64,000 nt of DNA from positions 18,786,001 through 18,850,000 of the forward strand of contig NC_043023.1 in assembly GCF_006345805.1 (NCBI RefSeq), in the 5' to 3' direction. The position numbers were made by a program, and so were the translations under genes. Position 1 is the first letter of the stretch; each line of letters begins with the position of its first letter. Below are positions 39,670-53,132 of this stretch, piece by piece. This stretch comes from Octopus sinensis (lineage: Eukaryota). The notes beneath the pieces are model-generated. The model made no database searches and was not told the DNA's origin. It was given only the letters and a program-made list of their open reading frames with translations.

Positions 39670-39848
39670 TACTCTCTTTACTCTTTTACTTGTTTCAGCC
39701 ATTTGACTGCGGCCATGCTGGAGCACCGCCTTTAATCGAGCAAATCGACCCCGGGACTTATTCTATCGGTCTCTTTTGCCGAACCACTAAGTGAGGGACG
39801 AGGACGTAAACACACCAGCATCAGTTGTCAAGCATGCTAGGGAGACAA

Positions 39849-39899
<51 letters not shown>

Positions 39900-40064
39900 T
39901 ACGACAGGCTTCTTTCAGTTTCTGTCTACCAAATCCACTCACAAGGCATTAGTCGGCCCGGGGCTATAGCAGAAGACACTTGCCCAAGATGCCACGCAGT
40001 GGGACTGAACCCGCAACCATGTGGTTGGTTAGCAAACTACTTACCACACAGCCACTCCTGCGCC
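39670..40064 (-). mobile_element. CORE-type SINE
   Basis: Reverse-complement copy. Confidence 0.85.
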
Positions 40065-40177
40065 TATATATACATAAACAGTGGTGAACTGGCAAGGTTG
40101 TGGGCCCCTATAGACATTAGAGTCCATATACTAGGACCATGAAAAGAACTTTGCTTTCAAAGAAAACATCTGAAGTC

Positions 40178-40398
40178 TTAACCCTTTAGTGTTTTAACCA
40201 GCCATATCAGGCCAAAATTGTCTTCTTGTTATATGTTCAAACCAGCCAGCTCTGACCTCTCACACCTATCCTACAAAGTCATTCTAAAAATAAACAGGGA
40301 CGTCATCAAAATCTCAGAGTTACAAGATGCTGTACAATTAATTTAAAACAATGTAATTAAACAGGCTTTACATTTGACAGAGTAATCTGAATGCTAAA
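40178..40398. mobile_element. Second piggyBac-like MITE family, right end eroded
   Basis: TTAA-CCCTTTAG left end; gctaaag at the right end. Confidence 0.45.
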
Positions 40399-40583
40399 GA
40401 AAGAATAAAAATTCAAAATAAAGCAATTAAGCAAAGCAGTTGATCAAAGAATTCCCCAGGGAATTAAAAGAAATCAAGATGTATGATACAGCAGACAGCT
40501 AATCAATGGTGATAAAGTGTAACTAAATTTATGTTTGTTCTTTCATAAAGAACAAGCAAACTAATGATGTATATATATGAAGA

Positions 40584-41106
40584 CTAGCATTATCGCCCGG
40601 CATTGCTTGGGTTTGTTTCGACCCTTTAGAATTATGTAGCTTGTTATTCTCTTTAAGTGAACATTTTTCTGGTTGAAATACACTAAAAAATGACGACACA
40701 GCAGTAAAAAAATCGTAAAAAATAAGGATTTTCATAGAAAAAAAGCACCTTTTTGATGTAAATAATTTTTGGTGTTAACATGGTCCGATTTGAATTTTTT
40801 CTTCTACAGAATGAAGAGCAAGCCTTCTTCTATCATACTCTCAATTTTGGTCAACTTGTGCCACAGGGTCTCGGAGGAGATAGTGTTAGTTGAAGGCTAC
40901 CAAACCTACCATACGCAAACAACTTCAGCAATCCCTATTTTTTACAATTTTTTTACTGCTGTGTCACCATTTTTCGGTGTATTTCAACCAGAAAAATGTT
41001 CACTTAAAGAGAATAACAAGCTACATAATGCAAAATTTTTACTTTTCAAAAATTCCAATTCTAAAGGGTCGAAACAAACCCAAGCAATGCTGGTTGATAC
41101 TGCTAG
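40584..41106. mobile_element. Head-to-head Helitron family-2 pair (minus copy 40584-40929, plus 3' half 40930-41106)
   Basis: CTAG at both outer ends; ~170-bp inverted arms. Confidence 0.65.
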
Positions 41107-41237
41107 TATATATATCACCGTGACTGACCAGGCTATCAGATGTTGCTACACATCGCTGGTCACAATGCACTTCGCATTCAAATGACACCACCCCACTGGC
41201 TAAGCGAGCAGGCCAAGTATATATATATATATATATA

Positions 41238-41645
41238 GGCGTAGGAGTGGCTGTGTGGTAAGTAGCTTGCTAACCAACCACATGGTTCCGGGTTCAGTCC
41301 CACTGCGTGGCATCTTGGGCAAGTGTCTTCTGCTATAGCCCCGGGCCGACCAATGCCTTGTGAGTGGATTTGGTAGACGGAAACTGAAAGAGCCTGTCGT
41401 TTATATGTAATATATATAATATGTATGTGTGTGGTTTGTGTGTCTGTGTTTGTCCCCCTAGCATTGCTTGACAACGCGATGCTGCTGTGTTTACGTCCCC
41501 GTCACTTAGCGGTTCGGCAAAAGAGACCGATAGAATAAGTACTGGGCTTACAAAGAATAAGTCCCGGGGTCGATTTGCTCGACTAAAGGCGGTGCTCCAG
41601 CATGGCCGCAGTCAAATGACTGAAACAAGTAAAAGAGTAAAGAGT
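41238..41645 (+). mobile_element. CORE-type SINE
   Basis: Full-length copy. Confidence 0.85.
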
Positions 41646-41679
41646 ATATATATATTGCCATAAGGCATTATTTTTCTCA

Positions 41680-42055
41680 CCTGCCAGCTAATTTGAATTG
41701 TCTAAAGTCGAAAGACACCTGTTGTCTTTGTCCTGTTATTATTATTATGATTATTGTTCTTTGTTTTTTGTATTTATATTCGTATTACTTTTTGTTTTTT
41801 GTATTTATTTTTGTGTAACATCGTCCATTTTTCTCTCCTTATTTCGTATACATTTGAAGCTTTCTTCCAAGGAATCTAGTGCTCTTAGCTTAGTTTTTCC
41901 TTGGGGCTGGCCAGATCGGAGCAATCTCAAGATTAATCAGCCAAAATTGCGAGGATGATCCGGTTCTTGACTGAAGATTAGAGGCTTCAAATGACCCGTC
42001 CATGTTTTTTGTATCGTCTATTTGGATGTTTTGCGTTCTTGTCCCATTTTAATAT
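41680..42055. repeat. Dispersed ~370-bp repeat with inverted copy at ~42745-43095
   Basis: ggggctggccagatcggagcaatctcaagattaatc...gttttgcgttcttgtcccatttt matches the reverse complement of the second copy with moderate divergence. Confidence 0.7.
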
Positions 42056-42417
42056 ATTTTTTATACATATATATATATATATATATATATATGCATATAT
42101 ATAATAATAATAATATAGGTGGCTTATTCACAATTTTGCAACGGAATAGTGGTATAGTAATGTATATATATATATATATGTATATAGTCAGTAAATCAGA
42201 AATCTGAGAGAAGCACTTTGTAAGTGATAGAGCAGTGAAGTAATTAGATAAAGATAGTTCTGGCCAGTCTATGGGGTTATCTAGGGTTTTGTGTTTGTAA
42301 ATTGCTTAGCTTTACAGCATCCCTTCAGCCATTAGGGTCTGAAGAGGTGCTGTAAAGCTAAGCATGAAACCCTGGGTAACCCCATAGACTGGTCATAATT
42401 ATATATATATATATGTG

Positions 42418-42735
42418 TGTGGAGGCGCAATGGCCCAGTGGTTATGGCAGTGGACTCGCGGTTGTAAGATCGCAGTTTCGATTCCCAGACCGAGAGTTGT
42501 AGTGTGTTTATTGAGTGAAAACACCTAAAGCTCCACGAGGCTCCGGCAGGGGTGTGAGGTGGTGATCCCTGCTGTACTCTTTCGCCACAACTTTCTCTCA
42601 CCCTATCTTCTGTTGGCCTGCTCGTTTGGTCATTGGGATGGCGTCATTTGAAGGCTAAAAACAATGCGAAGTGCATTGTGACCAGCGATGTGTAGCAACA
42701 TCTGATAGCCTGGTTGGTTATGGTGATCATGGCGA
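42418..42735 (+). mobile_element. tRNA-derived SINE (further family); 3' part also at ~41115-41217 (-)
   Basis: Head ggaggcgcaatggcccagtggtt...gtttcgattcccag; tail gcattgtgaccagcgatgtgtagcaacatctgatagcctgg. Confidence 0.7.
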
Positions 42736-43595
42736 TATATATATATAAATACAAAATGGGACAAGAACGCAAAACATCCAAATAGATGATACCAAAAACA
42801 CGGACGGGTCATTCAAAGCCTCTTATCTTCAGTCAAGAACCGGATCATCCTTGCAATTTCAGTTGATTAATCTTGAGATTGCTCCAATCTGGCCAGCCCC
42901 ATGGAAAAACTAAGCTACGAGCATTAGATTCCTTGGAAAAAGGATCGAATGTGTACGAAACAAGGACAGAAAAATGGACGATGTTACACAAATATAAATA
43001 CAAAAAAATAAAAAGTACTAATATAAATACAAAAAACAATAGTAATAATAACAACAGGCATCTTTCGACTCAGACGAATTGAATTCAGCTGGCGTTATAT
43101 ATAAATGGAAAAAAAATATTGGATAGATAAGTCCGTTTATTTCATTGGAGTGCTTATGTCTAATTTTTCTTTATAAAAAGTAAAAATTTTCAATGTTGTT
43201 TCTCTATTTTTTAAGTATCCTCATTATCTTAAATTCTTCTTTCTCTTTTATTTCAGAATATCAGGAGCTGCAAAGAAGTGTTTACATCAGATATTATCAT
43301 CACTATTTATCTTCTTTTCAAGACTAAATGCTACACAGACTGGATAAAATTTATGGTGAATTCTGGATAAATATTTTTTAGAACGGAGATGAGTGTTTGT
43401 CTTATTCACTGCCTTAAAAATTACAAACTGAGTTTGTATTTTAATTAAACTTGGATTGCAAAGGACTTTGCAATCTCTTCAGATATCAACAAAGATCACG
43501 TTTGATGGAAAAATATCAGTTGTAATAATTGTTACGAACAAAGTACAAAAACGAAAGAGAAAATTTGTGTAAATTGTGATACGGAAAGAAAAATT

Positions 43596-44807
43596 ATGGA
43601 AAATGAGTCGAGTGAAATTATGATTAAATGTGAAACGGAGGATAAAAGTATTGACTTTCCTGATGATGTAAAGAATAAGAAAAAGGAAAAATTTTATCAC
43701 TGTGATGTCTGTGGTAAATCATTCTCTCAAAATAGCAAACTGACCAAACATAAATCTATTCATTCAGGAGAGAAGCCGTATCACTGTGACATCTGTGATA
43801 AATCATTTTCACAAAAGGACTATTTGACTACTCATCAACGTATTCATACAGGGGAAAAACCTTATCACTGTGACATCTGTGATAAGTCGTTCTCTCAAAG
43901 TGTTCACTTGACGAAACACACACGTATTCACACAGGGGAAAAACCATATTTCTGTGATATCTGTGATAAATCATTTGCCGAGAACGGTACCCTGACCAGA
44001 CATAGACGTATTCATACAGGAGAAAAACCATATCACTGCGATATCTGTAGTAAATCCTTTTCTCAGAAAGACAACCTGGTTACTCACCAACGAATTCATA
44101 CCGGAGAAAGGCCATATTGTTGTGACATCTGTGACAAAACATTCTCTCAAAGTGTTCACCTGACTAAACATAAATTTATTCATACAGGAGGAAAACTATA
44201 TTTCTGCGATATTTGTGATAAATCATTCACTGAAAATAGTTCGTTAAAACGACATATCCGTATTCACACAGGTGATAAACCGTATCATTGTGATATCTGT
44301 TTCAGATCGTTTTCTGAGAATCATAACTTGACTATTCACAAACGTAGTCACACGGGAGAGAAACCGTATCATTGTGACATCTGTGGTAAGTCATTCTCGG
44401 ACACTGGTCATTTAGCTAGGCACGAGCGGATTCATTCCGGGGACAAACCGCACAAATGCAATATCTGTGGTAAATCGTTCTCGGAGAATGGAGTCTTAAC
44501 GAGACATATCCGCGTCCATACAGGTGAGAAACCGTATCAGTGTGACATCTGCAGCAAGTCGTTCTCTCACGGCCATGCCTTGACCACCCACAAGCGTATT
44601 CATACAGGAGAGAAACCATATCACTGCGATATCTGTGGCAAATCATTCTCTGAAACTGGACACTTAACTAGACACAAACGCATTCATGCAGGGCTAACCT
44701 TGTTTCACTGTGGCGTCTGTGGTAAATCCTTTTCTGAAAAGGGTCACTTCACTGAACATGTTGCTGTTCATACAGAGCAGCAGCTGTACCAAAATATGGG
44801 GTCATAA
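43596..44807 (+). CDS. C2H2 zinc-finger protein, 13 tandem fingers, single coding exon
   Basis: Intact 403-aa ORF: short acidic leader, then 13 CxxC..H..H units with TGEKPY-type linkers and diverse recognition helices. Upstream acceptor tttcag| at 43256. Confidence 0.95.
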   Translation: MENESSEIMIKCETEDKSIDFPDDVKNKKKEKFYHCDVCGKSFSQNSKLTKHKSIHSGEKPYHCDICDKSFSQKDYLTTHQRIHTGEKPYHCDICDKSFSQSVHLTKHTRIHTGEKPYFCDICDKSFAENGTLTRHRRIHTGEKPYHCDICSKSFSQKDNLVTHQRIHTGERPYCCDICDKTFSQSVHLTKHKFIHTGGKLYFCDICDKSFTENSSLKRHIRIHTGDKPYHCDICFRSFSENHNLTIHKRSHTGEKPYHCDICGKSFSDTGHLARHERIHSGDKPHKCNICGKSFSENGVLTRHIRVHTGEKPYQCDICSKSFSHGHALTTHKRIHTGEKPYHCDICGKSFSETGHLTRHKRIHAGLTLFHCGVCGKSFSEKGHFTEHVAVHTEQQLYQNMGS

Positions 44808-44914
44808 TGCATACACAGCAACCAATACTGCATGTGTGACCCTAATTTTTCTTCTCTCCATTATGACCCTACATTTTGTAGAGTAAATTCTTTCCTTTTT
44901 CTGATTGGTATATA

Positions 44915-45355
44915 TATTTCTTTACTACCCACAGGGGGACAAACAAGGACAGACAAACGGATTAAGTCAATTACATCGACCCCAGTGCGTAACTGGTACT
45001 TAATTTATTGACCCCGAAAGGATGAAAGGCAAAGTTGACCTTGGCGGAATTTGAACTCAGAACGTAACGGCAGATGAAATACCTATTTCTTTACTGCCCA
45101 CAAGGGGCTAAACACAGAGAGGACAAACAAGGACAGACAAACGGATTAAGTCAATTACATCAACCCCAGTGCGTAACTGGTACTTATTTATCGAAAGGCA
45201 AAGTCTTTACTACCCACAAGGAGCTAAACACAGAGGGGACAAATGCATTAAGTTAATTACATCAACCCCAGTCCGTAACTGGTACTTAATTTATCGACCC
45301 CGAAAGGATGAAAGCAAATTTGAACTCAGAACGTAACGGCAGATGAAATACCTAT
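44915..45355 (-). mobile_element. Three tandem SINE 3' modules
   Basis: Repeated ctttactacccacaagggg...gaactcagaacgtaacggcagatgaaatacc modules. Confidence 0.75.
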
Positions 45356-45637
45356 TTTATTATCTCCCCTTCTTTTAAACTTTTGTTTTAATCAGTCGCC
45401 ATGCTTGGCTGCTGAATCCACAAGTTTTCTTATATTCTCTGTTTATTTTCTCTTATTCCTTTCTGTTTAAGAGCATAGGCTTGAAATGTAAGGACTTTTT
45501 CACTTTCCTGAGTGTTAAACTAATACATCTGCCTGTTGTTTATACACCTGTCTTTGTCTTTTGTTTTTCTGTAAATTTCAACTATATATATATATATACA
45601 TATATATATATACATATATGTATATATACATATATAT

Positions 45638-46730
45638 TTCACTGGTCCTACTCCTGAACTATACGGTCGTTACATTGACGACATTATCGGTGCCACCTCA
45701 CTCTCCCGTGAACATCTAGATTCCTTCCTCTCTTTCGTTCAATCTTTCCATCCAGCCCTCCACTTCACCTCCACTATCTCCAACACCTCTGTCTCCTTCC
45801 TCGACATTTTGGTCAGCATTCTTCACTCCACTCTTACCACCTCCATTCACTACAAACACACAGACTCACACTCATACCTCAACTTCTCTTCCTCCCACCC
45901 AAAACACACCAAGCTTTCCATCCCCTATTCCCAATTCCTCCGTCTACGTAGGCTCTGTAGTTACGACCATGACTTTGAGACTCAGTCTCAACGTATGGCT
46001 CACCACTTCATCCTACATGGATACCACCTCACCACTATCCACACCGCCCTTGCCAGAGCACGTTCCGTAGACCGTGCATCTGCTCTCTCTCCCTGAACCC
46101 GCCCTGTAGTCTCCCGCCTCCTTTTTCCCCTCACTTACCACCCCACGACCCTACCTCTCCAACACACCATTCTTCGAGCTTTCCGGCATCTCCAGTCCGA
46201 CCCGTCCACTTCACACCTCTTCCCTAACGACCCCCCTCCCCTCTTTCAAACGAGCCCATAACCTATGAGACCTTTTGTCCATAGCTCCTTCCCTGACCCT
46301 ACCCTCCCACCTGGCTCCGTTCCCCCTGCTCCCGCCCACGTTGCCGCACTTGCCCTTACCTCTCCAACACCACCCTCCTCCACTGGCACCCATCATCAAC
46401 CCTATCGCATCATCAACTCTTCACCTGCACTCCAGCAATATCATCTATTGCGTCTCTTGCTCTCTCTGCCATTCCCTGTACATCGGACAAACGGGACGCC
46501 GCTTGGCTGACTGGTTCGCAGAACACCTCCGTGACATCCGCCTTGCCAACGACACACCGTCTCACGCCATTTCCGCTCCACCGGTCACTCCTTGCAACAC
46601 TGTCTTGTTTTGGTTTTGTCCTTGCACAGAGGCCATCCGGATTCCGTTTGTGCCGTGAACAGGAATTAAACTTCTCTTTTTGCTCTTTTACGCCATTTGG
46701 TCTCAACTCTCCCCCCCTCCTCATCTAAAC
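45638..46730 (+). mobile_element. Decayed Penelope-like element (RT + GIY-YIG)
   Basis: GRYIDDIIG, SFLD, YKHTDSHSYLNFSSSHP..KLSIPYSQFLRLRRLCS, NIIYCVSCSLCHSLYIGQTGRRL..FAEH; stop at 46096 and frameshifts. Similar non-coding segments at 45440-45585 and 47390-47545 resemble pseudo-LTRs. Confidence 0.85.
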
Positions 46731-46769
46731 CTCCCCCCCGACCCGTACTTCTCTTCAGTCCTTCACCTT

Positions 46770-47160
46770 TCACCCCTACTCCTCTTCCCTTCTTCCCTCT
46801 TTCTTCTTCCTTCTTCCCTCTTCCCCTTCCCTCTTTCTCTCTGCTCCCTCACTCCCCTTCTCTTTCTCTTCCCCTTCCCTCTTTCTCTCTGCTCCCTCAC
46901 TCCCCTTCTCTTTCTCTTCCCCTTCCCTCTTTCTCTCTGCTCCCTCTCCCTCTCTCCTCCCTCCTCCTCTCCCCTCCTCTTCTCCTTCTCCCCCTTCCCC
47001 CTCCTCTTCTCTTTCCTTCTCCCCCCTCATCTCTCCTCTCTCTCCCTTATCTCCCCCTCTTCCCCTCTCCCCCTCATCTCTCTCTACACTACACCATACG
47101 ACTTTACACATCACCCCTCCTCCTCCCCTCTCCCCCCATCTCCTCTCTCCTCTCTCTACA
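46770..47160. repeat. Polypyrimidine (CT-rich) low-complexity tract with ~40-bp tandem units
   Basis: ctctgctccctcactccccttctctttctcttccccttccc repeated about three times. Confidence 0.85.
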
Positions 47161-47418
47161 CCATACGACTTTACACATCACATCATATATACATACACAC
47201 GTCCAGACCTCTCATACGCACTACATACTCTCTCATACACACACACACTCTTATGTTGGGGCGAGGTCATTTAACCCTATTATCTCCCCTAATTTCGCTC
47301 TTGCGTCTCACGTTTGATCTCTGACTTCTGGCCGAAATCAGATCGCCATGTTGATTCGCTAGCCTCTGCATGCATTTTTTTTCTCTCCTTGTTTCTTTCT
47401 GTGTTTCTTCTCTGTGTA

Positions 47419-47456
47419 TCTTTCTGTCGAAGAGTGTAGGCTCGAAACGTAAAAGA
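47419..47456 (+). ncRNA. Minimal Penelope-type hammerhead-like motif (A6U variant core)
   Basis: TCTTT-CTGTCGA-A-GAGT gtag GCTC-GAAAC-GTA-AAAGA: perfect 5-bp stem I, located downstream of a Penelope ORF. Confidence 0.5.
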
Positions 47457-47698
47457 CTTGTTTTATTTATATTTCTGAGCGCCATACTAATACAATTGTT
47501 TGTTTGTATTCCACCTGCCTTCGTCTTTTGTTTATTTTCATAAAGCTTCCCGTTATATATATATGTATATACATATATATGTATATATATATATATATGT
47601 ATATACATATATATGTATATGTATATATGTATATACATATATATGTATATGTATATATATATATATGTATATACATATATATATATAATATATATGTA

Positions 47699-49311
47699 TG
47701 TATAAGCAACGCATGCAAGATAGCTACAGACAAAATAATTAAAGTCCCTAATCCTAATGACCTCAAATTGAGACCCATAATAGCAGGTCCCGCATGCGAA
47801 ACCCCCGCCTCAGTAACTTTTTAGACACACCCTGTTAAAACCACTCCTCAAACATGTCAAAACTACATAAGGGACGACTTAGATATGCTCAATCACCTAC
47901 CGAATACTATAAACAAAAACACCATACTGGTATCCTTCGATGTAGTCAACCTCTACTCCAATATCCCCCCAACCTAGGATAGAGGCAATCCCAATTCTGG
48001 CTAGAGAATCACGCCAACGAACTACCTACCACACCACATCAAAAAAAAATTCGTGATAGAAGGAGTTAAATTCATCCTGGAAAATAACTTCTTCGCCTCA
48101 ATGACAACTTCTACGACAAAAATCAGGACTGCGATGGGTACACGAATGGCCCCCTCCTTTGCCAACCTAGTCATAGGATATCTAGAGATCAGTCTGTATC
48201 GTAAGGTTCTAGAAAGATATGGCAGCCCTTTCTCCATCTACATAGAAAACAACTGGAAGAGATATCTAGATGACTGTTTCATTCTTTGGCATAAAAATAT
48301 AGAAAAACTCATAGAATTCCAGGAAATTTTAAACGGACTGGACGTAAACATCCAATTCACGATGGAATATAGCCAGCAACAACTCCCCTTCCTCGATATC
48401 CCTCATTAAGAAGCTAATAATATAATAGAAACAGACATATTATAAGCCTACAGACTCTAAGCAATATCTTCTTCCATTCAATTCATGCCACCCCAGACAC
48501 ACCAGGATGAATATCCCCTTCAATCTAGCAAAAAGGATATGCACTATAGTCTCGAATGCAAACACCAGAGACACCGACTACAAGAACTAAAAGATCCCTT
48601 ATCACCAGGAACTATCCACCTTCACTTATTGACAAGTGCAATCAACTTAACATCAAGGAACTGAGACATCCCAAATCAAAGAAAAACTTACAACCAAAGC
48701 CTTACCATACATCTCCACACACAACCCTCTCAATAACGAAGCTTCGGCACCATCCTCCACAACACATACCCCTCCTAAAAAAAGACCACAGAATGAACAC
48801 AATCCTCCAAACACACACGATCATAAAAGCAAGAGACAGCCTAGATCCATGAAAAGTCTCCTAACACAAGCCCGAATTCACTCTTCAACACAGAAGCCGA
48901 CAGTAAAAAAATGTGGAAGACCCAATTGTGGGATATGCGACTATCTAATTGAGGGATCAGAGTTCTCCTTCAAACAGGACAACGGTTTACAGTGAAAAGC
49001 AACTTCCATGTGCTTCGGAGAACCTAATATACTCACTAACCTGCTCCGGGTGTCAGAGCAGTACATAGGCCAAACAAAAATAGTTTGCGTAAACGAATGG
49101 CCCTGCACAGATCCCAGATAAAATTCCCCAAAACAGAAAAATAGCTTTTAGCCAACACATAGATACTTGCGCCAACAAAAAACACCAAGCTTCAGGATTT
49201 TCCCCCTCTACCAATTTAGGGACGATACAACCTCGAGACAACGAATAAGTAAAGAAACCTCTTTATTACAAAATACAGGCCACTTCTTAACGGGTCTACG
49301 ACAAACAATTA
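47699..49311 (+). mobile_element. Second decayed Penelope-like element (different subfamily)
   Basis: [86 protein letters not shown]; many frameshifts. Confidence 0.85.
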
Positions 49312-49940
49312 ATATACCTCAACTTTAGAATAAAAGAAATATATACACACACAAATATTACATTCCATAGAATCCATTACTAATCAGCCCCATCACAGCT
49401 ATACTTTCACCCATTCATATTCTCCCTTCTCTGTTTTTTTCTTCTTCTTCATCATCATCACTATCATCATCATCGTCGTCATCATCATCACCACCATCAT
49501 CATCATCATCATCTTCTCCTTCTCCTTCTTCTTCTTCTTCATCATCATCATCATCAACATCGTCATCTTCTTCTTCTTCTACTTCTCCACCTTCTACCCC
49601 TTAACCTTGCCACTAATGTTTTTTAGTATAACGCCTACGCAAATTCCATAAACAAGCCAGTCAATAGAAATATTCTCCTGAATTGAATGGCGACTGCTGG
49701 CCGCCACTGACCATTCAAAATACGACCATCAAGGCATTCCCAGATTTCCCCACCCCCTCTCCTCCTCAGCCTTCTTCTTCTCCTACCCTACCAAGAACTC
49801 ACAACGACCTCCGACACACAAGTGCAAACAAGGGAGTCAGAGAAAGGCAGAATGCCACTTAAATCTGAACACTACTATAGAAATATTCCTTTAAAAAAAC
49901 TTTTCTTCTAATTTTTCTAAATTTAATTATTTAATCGTTA

Positions 49941-50074
49941 CAGTTGAAAAGGTCTCAAAATGACCGAAACCGGTACTGAAATGTTCACTATAAAATTATT
50001 TTAGCATTTTCTATTTTTGACTTGTTTTTTCATACATATATGTATATATACATATATGTATATATACATATATG

Positions 50075-50107
<33 letters not shown>

Positions 50108-50155
50108 ACATTACACATATATATATATATGTATATACATATATATATATGTAAT

Positions 50156-50186
<31 letters not shown>

Positions 50187-50340
50187 GGTATATATATATA
50201 TATGTATATATATATATGCAGCTGGCGGGCATCTGCTACTCTAGACTGATGATGGACAAAGATCCTGAAACATGCGTGTCCTGAAATGTTCTTTATAAAA
50301 TTATTTTAGCATTTTCTATCTTGACTTGTTTTTTCATATA
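49941..50340 (+). repeat. Direct-repeat pseudo-LTR-like segments with hammerhead-like cores (49941-50035, 50246-50340)
   Basis: Shared ctgaaatgttc..tataaaattattttagcattttctat..tgacttgttttttcata, each preceded by a hammerhead-like core. Confidence 0.5.
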
Positions 50341-50342
50341 TA

Positions 50343-50617
50343 TCATCATCATCATTTAACGTCCGCTTTCCATGCTAGCATGGGTTGGACGGTTTTTCGA
50401 CTGCGGTCTGGGGAGCCCGAAGGCTGCACCAGGCCCAGTCAGATCTGGCAGTTTGTTTCTACAGCTGGATGCCCTTCCTAATGCCAACCACTCCGAGAGT
50501 GTAGTGGGTGATTTATGTGCCACCAACACAGGTGCCAGACGACGGCTGGCAGACGGCCACGCTCGGATGGTGGGTGTTTTTTATGTGCCACCGGACACAG
50601 GTGCAGATGAGCTGGTG
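50343..50617 (-). mobile_element. RTE 3' UTR copy
   Basis: catcatcatcatttaacgtccgc tail. Confidence 0.75.
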
Positions 50618-50618
50618 A

Positions 50619-51585
<967 letters not shown>

Positions 51586-53094
51586 ATAAGGTAGATACAC
51601 AGATTGATAGATAGATGTGGGTGTCTTTGTGCTTATATTTCCCCACCCACCATGTTACAACTGGTATTGGTTTGTTTACATCCGCCAAAGAGACTGATAA
51701 ATAAGTGTCAAGCTGAAATAAAGTAGTCCTGGTGTCGATTTGTTTAACTCTTTCTAGCTGGTGCTTCAGCATGGCCACACTCCAGTAACTAAAACATTTT
51801 TGATAAAAATAAAACAATTTTCTTTGTTCTTGTTCGTAAATTTAGTCATTTTATGATTTTTTGATATTTTTTAAATATTCATCAAATTTGTAGGAATACC
51901 AATAAAATAAAGAAGGTAAGATTAATTTGATGTTGCTGTGTTTGTCTCAATTTTCAGAATTTATTTCGTGAAAACAAAAAAATAAAGAAGCAAAAGATTT
52001 TTGCAACCATAAAGGATATTCACAGAACAAAGAAGTCACTGGGTGCAGCTCAAAACCTCCTTCATTAATTACATGAAGACACCGTCTGTGTAACTTCAAT
52101 GGTGCCACACCAATTGCTTTGTAAGATATGCCCAAAACCTTCTATATTTTACATGGTCATTGATGTGGCAGTTGTGAAGTTAGGCAGTTGGTAATGATGC
52201 CTTCATATAGCTGATAGGGAGGGGTATTTTTCCACCCACTGTATAAAAGTGTTTGATAACATCCCAGCATTATCTATTATATAAAATCTGTTCTGTCTGT
52301 CTGTGTGTGTCTTCGGGGATCTCGGGTATCCCCCATCCGATTGTGCTCAAATTTGATATGTAGATACCGACGGTATCAGGACGTGTATAAGTCTTGAAAA
52401 AATTACAAAAATCGATTCCAGGTGAGAATGTGATCGATAAAGCTGTAGGAATGTGCATTTGTAAAATAGTTTTTCTTGGAATAGAAAAATGTCTATCTTT
52501 ATTTCTTCCTCTGCTGGAGTCTCAAATTTAGGTTAAATCAGTGTTTCTCAAAGGGGAGGCCTATGGGACGGTTGGACAAGTTGTTTAGAGAAAACTTGGT
52601 TTAAATGTTTGACAACTCAGCACCATCCATTGGACGGGGTGGGGGCACGTTTTGCTCGTATTTTATATAATCACAACAATATCTACATTGGTGAAATTAT
52701 TAACCACCAGGATATGTTTTATAAGAGTATTCTGTCACAATTAATTACTTTTTTAATATGCCCAATAGTTATTTGTAACACCAGTACCTGAATACACATT
52801 GAAATTCTATGTATATCACTGATAGAGGAATCACTGCTATTTCTAGCTTTGGGCATTGCCATTGACAAGACCAAGGGAAGCTGAAATTACTTAATCTAGC
52901 AACGCTGGCAGCAATAGTGGATGGTTATCTGCCACTAGCAATATAAACACAAGTGCTTATGTGCACCACAAGTCCATATGAGAGGTTCTCCCATGGCAGA
53001 TAATGCATTATTTTGTGTTGTAGCACAACATCCACTTCTGGTATTAATACTGCTTCTGTCACTATTAAACTAATTATATATATGTACATACATG

Positions 53095-53131
<37 letters not shown>

Positions 53132-53132
53132 T

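Noticed and set aside
46680-47324. ~210-aa Pro/Ser/Leu-rich ORFs
   Set aside because: Low-complexity CT tract at the Penelope 3' end.
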